32,552 nucleotides of DNA from Candidatus Staskawiczbacteria bacterium (GTDB taxonomy: Bacteria; Patescibacteriota; Minisyncoccia; Minisyncoccales; Staskawiczbacteraceae): the NCBI GenBank assembly GCA_903839895.1, contig CAIMDW010000004.1, forward strand, positions 1 to 32,552. The letters are read 5' to 3'. The notes below the pieces were generated by a model that was given only the letters and a program-made list of their open reading frames with translations, did not search any database and was not told the DNA's origin. This document shows, piece after piece, positions 6,897 to 14,653 of the stretch. The stretch's first letter is position 1, and the number at the start of each line of letters is the position of its first letter. The position numbers were made by a program, and so were the translations under genes.

Positions 6897-7848
6897 ATTT
6901 ATATCCTACCATAAAATTTTGTATTACCTTCTTTGTTTCTTTTGCATTTTTGACTTTCATCAGGTTTTCGCGGAGTTCTCTTGCACCTTCGAAATTTTTG
7001 GCGTAGGCATGGAAGTGTTTTTTCATGCTTTCAAAATGCTTGCTGGGACAATTTTTCTCGAATATTTTGGCGTGCTCGGCAATTGCGTTTAACCGTTCTG
7101 ACAGAGTAGGGGAATAGTCGGCGAAAAACCACGGGTCTCCTACAATTGCCCTGCCAATCATTATGCCATCCACGCCCGTTTCTTTTATCAATTTTTTAGC
7201 TTCTGCTAAAGTTTTTACGTCACCATTTCCAATAATCAAAGTTTCTGGCGCAATTTTGTCTCGAAGCTTTACAATCTCCTTTGCCAACTCCCAATGGGCT
7301 TGGCCGGTATAAGCTTCTTTTTTAGTGCGAAAATGCACAGTTAAAGCCGAAATATTTTCTTCTAAAATTGCGGGAATCCATTTGGAAATTTCATTTTTGT
7401 TGTACCCGATGCGAGTTTTTACAGAAACTGGAATTTTACCCGCACCTTTTTTAGCGGCCCTAATTATTTCTTTTGCCAAAGCCGGATTTTTTATCAGCGC
7501 AGCTCCTCCGCCTTTTTTCTCAATATTTGTATCGGGACATCCCATATTTATGTCTATTCCGTCAAAGCCAAGCTCGGCAACCAAAGCCGCCGCTTTTTCA
7601 AATTGCTCAGCCGTACCGCCAAAAAGTTGGGCGACTATTGGGCGCTCTTTTTTATTGAATTTCAAAAGTTCCATATAATACGGTTTTCCGCGCGAAAACA
7701 ATCCTTCAGCTGAAACAAATTCAGTCCAAAAAACGCTGGGCTTGCCGTATTTTAAAAACATCTGGCGAAATGCGTCGTCAGTCACCCCAGACATTGGGGC
7801 AGCAACCATAATCGGTTTTTTTAATTTTTTCCAAAATCCTTCTGCCAT
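6886..7848 (-). CDS. dus: tRNA-dihydrouridine synthase (Dus family)
   Basis: APMSGVTD, TEFVSAEG, IDINMGCP, PVSVKTRIG, IGNGDV, GIMIGRA motifs. Confidence 0.93.
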   Translation of the reverse strand: MAEGFWKKLKKPIMVAAPMSGVTDDAFRQMFLKYGKPSVFWTEFVSAEGLFSRGKPYYMELLKFNKKERPIVAQLFGGTAEQFEKAAALVAELGFDGIDINMGCPDTNIEKKGGGAALIKNPALAKEIIRAAKKGAGKIPVSVKTRIGYNKNEISKWIPAILEENISALTVHFRTKKEAYTGQAHWELAKEIVKLRDKIAPETLIIGNGDVKTLAEAKKLIKETGVDGIMIGRAIVGDPWFFADYSPTLSERLNAIAEHAKIFEKNCPSKHFESMKKHFHAYAKNFEGARELRENLMKVKNAKETKKVIQNFMVGYKYER

Positions 7849-7905
7849 TGCTTGTATTTATAGCCTAAATTTGGATATTTTGCAAAATAACAGGTACAAT
7901 ATGTT

Positions 7906-9390
7906 ATGGAGAATTTATTAAAAAAACATTTCGGGTACAATGCCTTTCGACCGCTCCAAAAAGAAGTCATTGAAAGGGTTTTGCTTGGAGAGGATTCTGT
8001 GGTTTTAATGCCTACAGGAGGAGGCAAGTCGCTATGTTTTCAACTGCCAGCCCTTATCCTTGAAGGCATGGCAATTGTCATTTCTCCGCTTATTTCATTA
8101 ATGAAAGACCAAGTGGATTCGCTTTGTGCAAATGGCATTGCGGCAGATTATATAAACAGCAGCCTTACCCAGTCAGATATTGCAGAAGTTATGGAACGGA
8201 TTAGCGCCGGGAAATTAAAAATTCTTTATATCGCCCCTGAAAGGCTTAGCGTACCGGGTTTTGAAGATTTTTTGCATACTCTATGCATTAGCGTTATTGC
8301 AATTGATGAGGCCCATTGCATTTCCCAGTGGGGACACGACTTCAGGCCAGACTACCGCAATTTGAAAGTGCTGCGCAGAAATTTTCCCAAAATTCCAATT
8401 ATTGCGCTAACAGCCACGGCCACCGAAGAGGTTCGCGAAGATATTGTAAGACAGCTTTCTCTGCAAGACCACAAAATGTTCATTTCCAGCTTTAATCGTC
8501 CCAATTTAAGCTATGAAGTTCTTCCAAAAAAAGATTCTTTCTCTTCAATTCTTAGCCTTGTAAACAGCGATAAAAACGCCAGCGCAATCATTTACTGTTT
8601 TTCGCGCAACGACACCCAAACAATGGTTGATAAATTGAATATGCACGGCTTAAAAGCAGTTGCTTATCACGCGGGATTAAATGCCAAAACTAGGAAAGAA
8701 AACCAGGAAAAATTCATCAAAGACGAAGCCAACATCATGGTGGCCACTATTGCTTTTGGAATGGGAATTGACAAGCCCGATGTGAGGCTGGTCATACACC
8801 ACAGTTTGCCAAAATCAATTGAAGGATATTACCAGGAAACCGGGCGCGCAGGAAGAGACGGATTGCCTTCTCGATGCGTGCTCTTTTTTTCATATGCCGA
8901 CAAATTCAAGCAGGATTATTTCATCAATAATATAAGAGACGACGACGAACGTGAAAAGGCGCAAGAAAATCTTGCCCAAGTGTTGCATTACGGCGACCTG
9001 CACAGCTGCCGGCGCAAATTTTTGCTCAACTATTTTAACGAACATTATCCAGAAACAAACTGCGGAAATTGCGACAAGTGCGTAAAGGAACCTTCATTTA
9101 AAATTATTCCGAAATTGTCATCTATGGTTGGGGGAATAAAAATTGAAAATGATTCGTGCGACAAAATATTGCTCGAAAAGTTAAAAGCGCTAAGAACAAA
9201 AGAAGCGCAGCGTTTGCATGTGCCCCCTTACGTGGTATTTGGCGATAAAACCTTGATTCAAATGGCAAAGCACCTGCCCAAAACAGAAGAAGCCTTCTTA
9301 GAAATCCACGGCGTTGCCAGCAAAAAACTGGAACAATTCGGCGAACAGTTCATGCAACTTATCCGCGAATACATCGACGAAAATATGTAA
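7906..9390 (+). CDS. recQ: RecQ family ATP-dependent DNA helicase with HRDC domain
   Basis: MPTGGGKSLCFQLPA, DEAHCISQWGHDFRPDY, ATIAFGMGIDKPDVR, QETGRAGRDG, Zn motif CRR...CGNCDKC, and HRDC (VPPYVVFGDKTL). Confidence 0.96.
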   Translation: MENLLKKHFGYNAFRPLQKEVIERVLLGEDSVVLMPTGGGKSLCFQLPALILEGMAIVISPLISLMKDQVDSLCANGIAADYINSSLTQSDIAEVMERISAGKLKILYIAPERLSVPGFEDFLHTLCISVIAIDEAHCISQWGHDFRPDYRNLKVLRRNFPKIPIIALTATATEEVREDIVRQLSLQDHKMFISSFNRPNLSYEVLPKKDSFSSILSLVNSDKNASAIIYCFSRNDTQTMVDKLNMHGLKAVAYHAGLNAKTRKENQEKFIKDEANIMVATIAFGMGIDKPDVRLVIHHSLPKSIEGYYQETGRAGRDGLPSRCVLFFSYADKFKQDYFINNIRDDDEREKAQENLAQVLHYGDLHSCRRKFLLNYFNEHYPETNCGNCDKCVKEPSFKIIPKLSSMVGGIKIENDSCDKILLEKLKALRTKEAQRLHVPPYVVFGDKTLIQMAKHLPKTEEAFLEIHGVASKKLEQFGEQFMQLIREYIDENM

Positions 9391-9391
9391 G

Positions 9392-9474
9392 CGGAGGGTG
9401 CAGGACTCGAACCTGCAAGGGGATTTCTCCCTCTGGTTTTCGAAACCAGTGCCTTACCATTAGACTAACCCTCC
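9392..9474 (-). tRNA. tRNA-Ser(CGA)
   Basis: Acceptor GGAGGGT/ACCCTCC, G73, anticodon arm CTGGT-TT-CGA-AA-ACCAG, long variable arm, T-loop GTTCGAGTC. Its 3' end abuts the recQ stop codon. Confidence 0.95.
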
Positions 9475-9503
9475 ATAAAATTATATTAGCACACTTTTAC
9501 CAA

Positions 9504-9526
9504 AAATGCGGCTTTTAGCCGCATTT
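9504..9526. terminator. Hairpin, probable terminator for the 139-aa gene
   Basis: Perfect 10-bp stem AAATGCGGCT-ttt-AGCCGCATTT. Confidence 0.7.
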
Positions 9527-9543
9527 ATTGCGATTTATTTAAC

Positions 9544-9963
9544 TTATTTTGTTTCGTTTTTTATCAGAACTTTATGCCAATCATTATAATCATAAATATC
9601 ATGAGCGATAATTCCTGCCACAACTCCCACGAAAATGCTTGGCAAATAAAAATAATCTATAAACCATACCACTGCCAGGAATATAGCTCCTGTTATCCAA
9701 TGATGCAAATGGATTTTGTAATTCTGCCCGATATTTATATATATGCAATCAACTTTTCCTGATTCTACAAAATATTTTGCAAAAAGTTTGGCGCCCAAAT
9801 ACCCAAGTACCAGGCCCACTCCTAAAAGCAAAGAGTAATACATAGAAGCCATCAATACGAAGGCTGGAAGGAATTTTCTTACTTTTGTTTTATTGTCGCT
9901 TTTTGCTAATTCTAAGTCTATTAACTTGTTGTTTATCTCGTTTAATTCAGCGTTATTTGTCAT
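9544..9963 (-). CDS. Hypothetical membrane protein with HLHHW and HD motifs
   Basis: 139-aa ORF with about three hydrophobic segments and its own promoter and terminator. The exact start is uncertain. Confidence 0.75.
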   Translation of the reverse strand: MTNNAELNEINNKLIDLELAKSDNKTKVRKFLPAFVLMASMYYSLLLGVGLVLGYLGAKLFAKYFVESGKVDCIYINIGQNYKIHLHHWITGAIFLAVVWFIDYFYLPSIFVGVVAGIIAHDIYDYNDWHKVLIKNETK

Positions 9964-10033
9964 AAAAGAATGCCGATTTCCTGATAGAAACCGTTTAGTT
10001 TTACCCCTAACGTTAAATCTAATAATTTAATCT

Positions 10034-10062
10034 ATTTTAGCATTCAAATGCCTCCCTGTCCA
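10034..10062 (-). promoter_or_regulatory. sigma70-type promoter for the 139-aa gene
   Basis: TGGACA-17 nt-TAAAAT with an extended -10 TG. Confidence 0.6.
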
Positions 10063-10086
10063 GCGTTAGCACCCAAACTTATCCCC

Positions 10087-10122
10087 ACCTAAAAAACCGC
10101 CTTTTGAAGCGGTTTTTTAGGT
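10087..10122 (-). terminator. Intrinsic terminator after tRNA-Arg(CCT)
   Basis: Perfect 14-bp inverted repeat ACCTAAAAAACCGC/GCGGTTTTTTAGGT. Confidence 0.8.
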
Positions 10123-10130
10123 AAATTTTG

Positions 10131-10202
10131 TGCCCTCGGGAGGAATCGAACCTCCATTTAAGGTTTAGGAAACCTCCGTCCTATCCGTTGAACGACGAGG
10201 GC
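10131..10202 (-). tRNA. tRNA-Arg(CCT)
   Basis: Acceptor GCCCTCG/CGAGGGC, anticodon arm GAGGT-TT-CCT-AA-ACCTT, T-loop GTTCGATTC. Confidence 0.95.
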
Positions 10203-10244
10203 AAGTTATGCTATGATACCATAATAATCTTAAAAAATAAAGTC

Positions 10245-11249
10245 ATGAAGTCTCCAATTATTGAAATTGCTAAAAAAAGTTGCCCGGCAGTAATTACGGT
10301 AATCGCTTCCAAAGATTTGCCTAGGGCTGAAAATCTTTACGGTTTTCCCTATAGCAAAAAAGAAAAGAAAAGCCAGTTCCAGAAAACTCAAATTGGCGGA
10401 GGATCGGGATTTATTGTTTCTGCCGATGGCTATGTTTTAACTTCAAACCATGTAGTTTCCGACACTATGGCTGACTACACGGTCATTTTAGACTCAAAAC
10501 ACAAATATCCTGCAAAAGTTTTTTCCAGAAACCCAATAAACGACACTGCGGTCTTGAAAATTGATGGTGACAGCTTTCCGTTTTTGGAAATGGCAGACTC
10601 GGACACCATTGAACTCGGCGAAGATGTTTTGGCAATTGGAAACGCTTTGGGCGAGTTTACAGACACTTTGTCAGCGGGCATTGTTTCGGGATTATCCCGA
10701 TTCATTACGGCTTTTGGCGGGCTTGACCACCAGTCTCAAAACCTGCGAGGGCTAATCCAAACCGACGCCGCCATTAACCCTGGAAATTCGGGGGGACCTT
10801 TGGTAAATATGGACGGGAAAGTAATCGGCATAAACACTGCCACAATTTCGGGCGCCCAAAACATCGGCTTTGCAATCCCTATAAATTATGCCTCAAAAGA
10901 TTTGGAAGAAGTCAAAAAATACGGCAAAATTATTATGCCGTTTTTGGGAGTAAAATATGTTTTGATTTCCAAAGAAATGGCCGAAATAAATAAACTTCCG
11001 GTAAACGACGGGGCAGTGGTGGTAAGGGAAGCTTTGGGCGAATCTCCAGTGGTAAAAGGCTCGGCCGCGGACTTGGCGGGAGTGAAAGAATGGGACATAA
11101 TTTTAGAATGCAACAATGAAAAAATCAGCGTCAAAAATCCTCTTGCAGAAATCCTGCAAAAATGCAAAATCGGAGAACAAACAACTCTCAAAATCCTGCG
11201 CGACAAAAAAGAAATAACCCTAAAAATAAAACTGGAAGAGAAAATTTAA
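10245..11249 (+). CDS. htrA: HtrA/DegP-family trypsin-like serine protease with one PDZ domain
   Basis: GGSGFIVS, TSNHVV (His), NDTAVLKI (Asp), IQTDAAINPGNSGGPL (Ser), C-terminal PDZ. Start moved to ATG 10245 because the upstream extension is antisense tRNA. Confidence 0.92.
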   Translation: MKSPIIEIAKKSCPAVITVIASKDLPRAENLYGFPYSKKEKKSQFQKTQIGGGSGFIVSADGYVLTSNHVVSDTMADYTVILDSKHKYPAKVFSRNPINDTAVLKIDGDSFPFLEMADSDTIELGEDVLAIGNALGEFTDTLSAGIVSGLSRFITAFGGLDHQSQNLRGLIQTDAAINPGNSGGPLVNMDGKVIGINTATISGAQNIGFAIPINYASKDLEEVKKYGKIIMPFLGVKYVLISKEMAEINKLPVNDGAVVVREALGESPVVKGSAADLAGVKEWDIILECNNEKISVKNPLAEILQKCKIGEQTTLKILRDKKEITLKIKLEEKI

Positions 11250-11264
11250 TAATTTAATTTAAAC

Positions 11265-11339
11265 AAAAAAACAAGTAAAGTTTTTCTTTTCGGGCTGGCC
11301 GTGGGTTTGGCGGGCGTGAAAAACTTTACTTGTTTTTTT
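11265..11339. repeat. 22-bp perfect inverted repeat with a 31-nt GC-rich spacer between convergent genes
   Basis: AAAAAAACAAGTAAAGTTTTTC (11265-11286) and GAAAAACTTTACTTGTTTTTTT (11318-11339). Confidence 0.85.
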
Positions 11340-11341
11340 AG

Positions 11342-12088
11342 TTAAACCTGTATCTTGGAAAAAAGATAACTGCCCGCTCCAATCAAAACCAAAACTATCA
11401 CCGCTAAAACCGTAAAATCGGTCATTAAGCCAAATTGTGCAACATTCCCAAGGGTACCGCGCAATCCGTCCACTCCATAAGCCAAAGGATCTAGCCTGAC
11501 AATCATTTCAAGGGCTTTTGGCAAGCCGGTCAAAGGAAAAAGAGAGCCCGAAAGGAAAAATATCGGCATCACCAAAAAATTCATAATCAATTGAAACCCG
11601 TGCATGTCTTCCAAAATTGAGGCGATGGCTGTTCCCAAAGCCGTAAAAATCAAGGCAATAAGAACCATGTAAATGAAAGCAATCGGCAGAAGCGCAAAGC
11701 TTGCAAGTTTGAATCCTGCTAAAAAAGAAATTGCAAAAACTATCAAACCCTGCAAAACGGCCACAGTTGCTCCTCCTAAAGTCCGTCCCAGCATTATCTG
11801 CCAGCGAGGAACAGGAGCCACTAAAGTCTCTTTCAAAAACCCAAATTGCCTGTCCCAAATCACGCTTATTCCTGAAAAAATCGCCAAAAACAAAATGCTC
11901 ATGGAAATGATTCCCGGCACCAAAAACTGGATGTAATTTCCTTGGCCGGCTTTTTGGAAAATCGGGCCCAAGCCGAATCCCAAGGCAAGCAAAAACAAAA
12001 TCGGCTGGCCAAGCGACCCGATTATTCTGGACTTCGACCTGAAATATTTGATTATTTCTCTTTTCCAAAGAGTGTAAATTGCGATCAT
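11342..12088 (-). CDS. ABC-2 type exporter permease (DrrB-like)
   Basis: WKREIIKYFR, YIQFLVPGIISM, DRQFGFLKETLVAPV, PIFFLSGSLFP, DPLAYGVDGLR motifs. Confidence 0.93.
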   Translation of the reverse strand: MIAIYTLWKREIIKYFRSKSRIIGSLGQPILFLLALGFGLGPIFQKAGQGNYIQFLVPGIISMSILFLAIFSGISVIWDRQFGFLKETLVAPVPRWQIMLGRTLGGATVAVLQGLIVFAISFLAGFKLASFALLPIAFIYMVLIALIFTALGTAIASILEDMHGFQLIMNFLVMPIFFLSGSLFPLTGLPKALEMIVRLDPLAYGVDGLRGTLGNVAQFGLMTDFTVLAVIVLVLIGAGSYLFSKIQV

Positions 12089-12108
12089 AAATGTGGTTTA
12101 TTATTAAA

Positions 12109-12200
12109 GCGAGGCAATGAACTTTTCGTAGGCTCTGGTCCACTTGCCCGTAGAGGCAAAGGGGGTCACCAGCTCCGGAGAAAAGTTTGTTGCCGAGCGA
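12109..12200. repeat. GC-rich palindromic (REP/MITE-like) element between the ABC ATPase and permease genes
   Basis: Nested stems: 12113-12127/12180-12194 (15 bp including 2 G-T pairs on +), CTGGT/ACCAG, and TTGCC/GGCAA. Confidence 0.6.
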
Positions 12201-12203
12201 AAT

Positions 12204-12995
12204 TTATCTGCGCCAGGCTCTTGCTCGCCCTGACATTGCCTGGTTTTTTACTGTTTCTTCGCGGATTTCGCTTCCTGTAAGCGCCAAAAACGCATCTTCC
12301 AAAGAATCTTTTTTTGTTTGGGCTTTCAATTCGTCAGCAGTTCCCTGGGCAATAATTTTTCCATGGTCAATTATGGCAATACGGTCGGAAACCTTGTCGG
12401 CTTCTTCCATATAATGCGTTGTCAGAAAAACCGTAATCCCTTCTTCCTGGTTCATTTTTTTCAAATATTCCCAAATATGGTTCCTTGTCTGCGGATCTAG
12501 CCCTATTGTCGGCTCATCCAAAAATAAAACCTTCGGGTGATGCAAAAATCCACGGGCAATTTCGAGGCGTCGTTTCATTCCTCCCGAAAAGTGCTTTACC
12601 AAGTCATCCTTCCTGTCCCAAAGTTCCACAAAAGTCATTAATTGCTTGATTCTTTCTTTACGGATTTTCACGGGAACTTTGTAAAGCATCCCATGCATGT
12701 CCATATTTTCGTAGGCTGTAAGATCGTCATCGAGGCTTGGATCCTGAAAAACAATTCCAAAAGAAGCCCGCGCTTGTTCTTGCTGTTTTGTCGGGTCAAA
12801 ACCATTTATCAGTATTGTTCCAGCTGTTGGGGCAGCTAATGTAGTCAACATTTTTATGGTTGTAGTTTTGCCGGCGCCATTCGGACCTAAAAAGGCGAAA
12901 ATTTCGCCCTTTTTTACGTTAAAGCTTATATTGTCTACCGCAGTAAAATCTTTAAACCTTTTTGTAAGGTTTTTTATTTCTATAATATTCTCCAT
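12204..12995 (-). CDS. ABC exporter ATP-binding subunit (DrrA-like)
   Basis: Walker A GPNGAGKTT, signature FSGGMKRR, Walker B LFLDEPT, H-loop TTHY. Confidence 0.95.
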   Translation of the reverse strand: MENIIEIKNLTKRFKDFTAVDNISFNVKKGEIFAFLGPNGAGKTTTIKMLTTLAAPTAGTILINGFDPTKQQEQARASFGIVFQDPSLDDDLTAYENMDMHGMLYKVPVKIRKERIKQLMTFVELWDRKDDLVKHFSGGMKRRLEIARGFLHHPKVLFLDEPTIGLDPQTRNHIWEYLKKMNQEEGITVFLTTHYMEEADKVSDRIAIIDHGKIIAQGTADELKAQTKKDSLEDAFLALTGSEIREETVKNQAMSGRARAWRR

Positions 12996-13018
12996 TTTAT
13001 CAATACGAGATAAAATTA

Positions 13019-13423
13019 TTATTCGGTTGTCTTGCCGTCGAATTCTTCTTCATTTGCAGGATCTTCGGCTTCAGCTTTTGTCGCCCTTACAACTCCGTCT
13101 TGATGATGAGCAGGGGAGTAAATGGTATAAAGCTTCAAATCTTCAGAATCTGAAGTATTTATGACGTTGTGTTGGGCGCCTGCTGGAACAATAACTGCAA
13201 ACCCGTCTTTCACTTCATACTCGTTTCCATCAATAATTACTTTTCCTTGGCCTTTTTCAAAGCGGAAAAACTGGTCGTTGTCTTCGTGAACCTCCATCCC
13301 AATTTCTTCTTTTGGCAGAAGGCTCATCAAAACCAGCTGGCTGTGCTTGCCAGTGTACAAAACTTTCCTAAAATTTTCATTGTTACTTGTATCACTTTCT
13401 ATATTAGAACAAAATCCTTTCAT
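13019..13423 (-). CDS. Cupin domain protein (mannose-6-phosphate isomerase-like)
   Basis: NFRKVLYTG, EIGMEVH...DQFFRFEKGQG, VPAGAQHNVIN, LKLYTIYSPAHH motifs. Confidence 0.9.
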   Translation of the reverse strand: MKGFCSNIESDTSNNENFRKVLYTGKHSQLVLMSLLPKEEIGMEVHEDNDQFFRFEKGQGKVIIDGNEYEVKDGFAVIVPAGAQHNVINTSDSEDLKLYTIYSPAHHQDGVVRATKAEAEDPANEEEFDGKTTE

Positions 13424-13457
13424 GTTTTTATTTTTTAATTATTATATTTTATTCTAC

Positions 13458-13490
13458 CAAAAAACCGCCTTGATTGAAAGCGGTTTTTTG
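13458..13490 (-). terminator. Intrinsic terminator after tRNA-Arg/tRNA-His
   Basis: CAAAAAACCGC/GCGGTTTTTTG inverted repeat. Confidence 0.8.
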
Positions 13491-13496
13491 AAAATG

Positions 13497-13568
13497 GGCG
13501 GCTAACGGGATTTGCACCCGTGATGACGCTGCCACAGAGCGTTGTGTTACTGCTACACCATAGCCGCC
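13497..13568 (-). tRNA. tRNA-His(GTG)
   Basis: Encoded G-1 and C73, acceptor GCGGCTA/TAGCCGC, anticodon arm ACGCT-CT-GTG-GC-AGCGT. The T-loop reads GTGCAAATC. Confidence 0.92.
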
Positions 13569-13571
13569 ATG

Positions 13572-13643
13572 TGCCCCCGGTTGGAATCGAACCAACAACC
13601 AGAACTTAGAAGGTTCTTATTATATCCATTTAACTACGGGGGC
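13572..13643 (-). tRNA. tRNA-Arg(TCT)
   Basis: Acceptor GCCCCCG/CGGGGGC, anticodon arm AGAAC-CT-TCT-AA-GTTCT, T-loop GTTCGATTC. Confidence 0.95.
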
Positions 13644-13676
13644 TTATGTATCAGATATTATCACAAAATTTCCCCT

Positions 13677-13705
13677 TTGACAATATGAAGTTTGTCGGTT
13701 AGAAT
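13677..13705 (+). promoter_or_regulatory. sigma70-type promoter for tRNA-Pro/tRNA-Gly/ZIP
   Basis: TTGACA-17 nt-TAGAAT, 12 nt upstream of tRNA-Pro. Confidence 0.8.
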
Positions 13706-13717
13706 AATCCTATAAAA

Positions 13718-13788
13718 CGGGGCGTCGTATAGTGGTAGTATAAACGCTTTGGGAGCGTTTGGTCTGAGTTCGATTCTCAGCGCCCCGA
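13718..13788 (+). tRNA. tRNA-Pro(TGG)
   Basis: Acceptor CGGGGCG/CGCCCCG, anticodon arm AACGC-TT-TGG-GA-GCGTT, T-loop GTTCGATTC. Confidence 0.95.
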
Positions 13789-13800
13789 CAAAAAAATAAT

Positions 13801-13871
13801 GCGGGTATCGTATATCGGTATTACCTTAGCTTTCCAAGCTAATGAGAGGGGTTCGACTCCCCTTACCCGCT
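13801..13871 (+). tRNA. tRNA-Gly(TCC)
   Basis: Acceptor GCGGGTA/TACCCGC, U73, anticodon arm TTAGC-TT-TCC-AA-GCTAA, T-loop GTTCGACTC. Confidence 0.95.
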
Positions 13872-13880
13872 CACTCAAAA

Positions 13881-14609
13881 ATGCTGACTATAATTTTACT
13901 CTCAATTGCAACATTCATATCCACCTTGCTGGGCGGGCTTTTTGCAGTTAAATACAAAAACAAGCTCCACTATATAATGGCTTTTGCGGCCGGCGTTTTG
14001 CTGGGCGTGGTGGCATTTGATATTTTCCCGGAAATTATTGAGCAAGTTAATTTTTACAAGCTCAGCTCCTTATCTGCCATGATAGCTTTGGTGCTGGGAT
14101 TCTTGATTTTTCATATTTTAGAAAAAAGCATCTTGATTTACCATTGCCACGAAGAAAATTGCGACATCCACAAGCACCCTCAAATTGGCGTAGCTTCAGC
14201 TCTAGCGCTGGCAGGGCACAGCTTTATGGACGGAGTGGGCATTGGCCTAGGTTTTCAAGTCAGCCCCGCAATTGGCATATTAGTGGCCATTGCAGTCATC
14301 TCCCACGACTTTACCGATGGCATGAACACAATAAGCTTAATGCTCACAAACAAAAATACCGACAGAAAATCCAAAATATTCCTGCTTTTAGACGCCGCCG
14401 CCCCAGTCTTGGGAGCAGCCTCAACATTATTTTTCAAAGTTCCTCCCCAATTCTTAGTTCTATACCTAGGATTCTTCGCAGGATTCCTGCTTTACATCGG
14501 CGCCTCCGACATTCTCCCCGAAGCCCACGCCGAACACAGCTCTTACAAACTGATGGGTCTCACCATCTTAGGCACATTATTTATCTTCATCATCACTCGC
14601 TTTATCTAG
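13881..14609 (+). CDS. ZIP (ZupT/GufA-like) metal transporter
   Basis: MAFAAGVLLG, His-rich loop HCHEENCDIHKH, HSFMDG and HDFTDG metal-binding helices, ASDILPEAH. Start moved to ATG 13881, after tRNA-Gly. Confidence 0.92.
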   Translation: MLTIILLSIATFISTLLGGLFAVKYKNKLHYIMAFAAGVLLGVVAFDIFPEIIEQVNFYKLSSLSAMIALVLGFLIFHILEKSILIYHCHEENCDIHKHPQIGVASALALAGHSFMDGVGIGLGFQVSPAIGILVAIAVISHDFTDGMNTISLMLTNKNTDRKSKIFLLLDAAAPVLGAASTLFFKVPPQFLVLYLGFFAGFLLYIGASDILPEAHAEHSSYKLMGLTILGTLFIFIITRFI

Positions 14610-14612
14610 TTT

Positions 14613-14647
14613 TCTTATCTTGATTAAGATAAGATTTAGGATAAAAT
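14613..14647 (+). promoter_or_regulatory. Palindromic operator-like site overlapping a probable promoter
   Basis: TCTTATCTT-gatt-AAGATAAGA (14613-14634) overlaps TTGATT-16 nt-TAAAAT (14620-14647), which ends 6 nt before ATG 14654. Confidence 0.55.
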
Positions 14648-14653
14648 AGAGAT

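Noticed and set aside
10079-10087. DnaA-box-like TTATCCCCA
   Set aside because: A single mismatched copy with no cluster and no dnaA/dnaN context.
10128-10244. N-terminal extension of HtrA given by the ORF track
   Set aside because: It is the antisense of tRNA-Arg(CCT) and has no signal-peptide character.
11508-12143. 211-aa alternative-frame ORF over the ABC permease
   Set aside because: Same-strand shadow frame of a well-conserved gene, starting inside the palindromic element, with no recognisable motifs.
12109-12200. SRP (4.5S) RNA or riboswitch interpretation of the intergenic hairpin
   Set aside because: It lacks the SRP helix-8 CAGG...GGAA...AGCAG motif and I recognise no riboswitch core. 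Kept only as an unassigned palindromic element.
13497-13568. tRNA-His as a pseudogene because the T-loop reads TGCAAAT rather than TTCRAAT
   Set aside because: All stems pair and the G-1/C73 identity elements are intact, so I treat it as a functional variant.
13842-13880. N-terminal extension of the ZIP transporter
   Set aside because: It lies inside tRNA-Gly; ATG 13881 is the plausible start.
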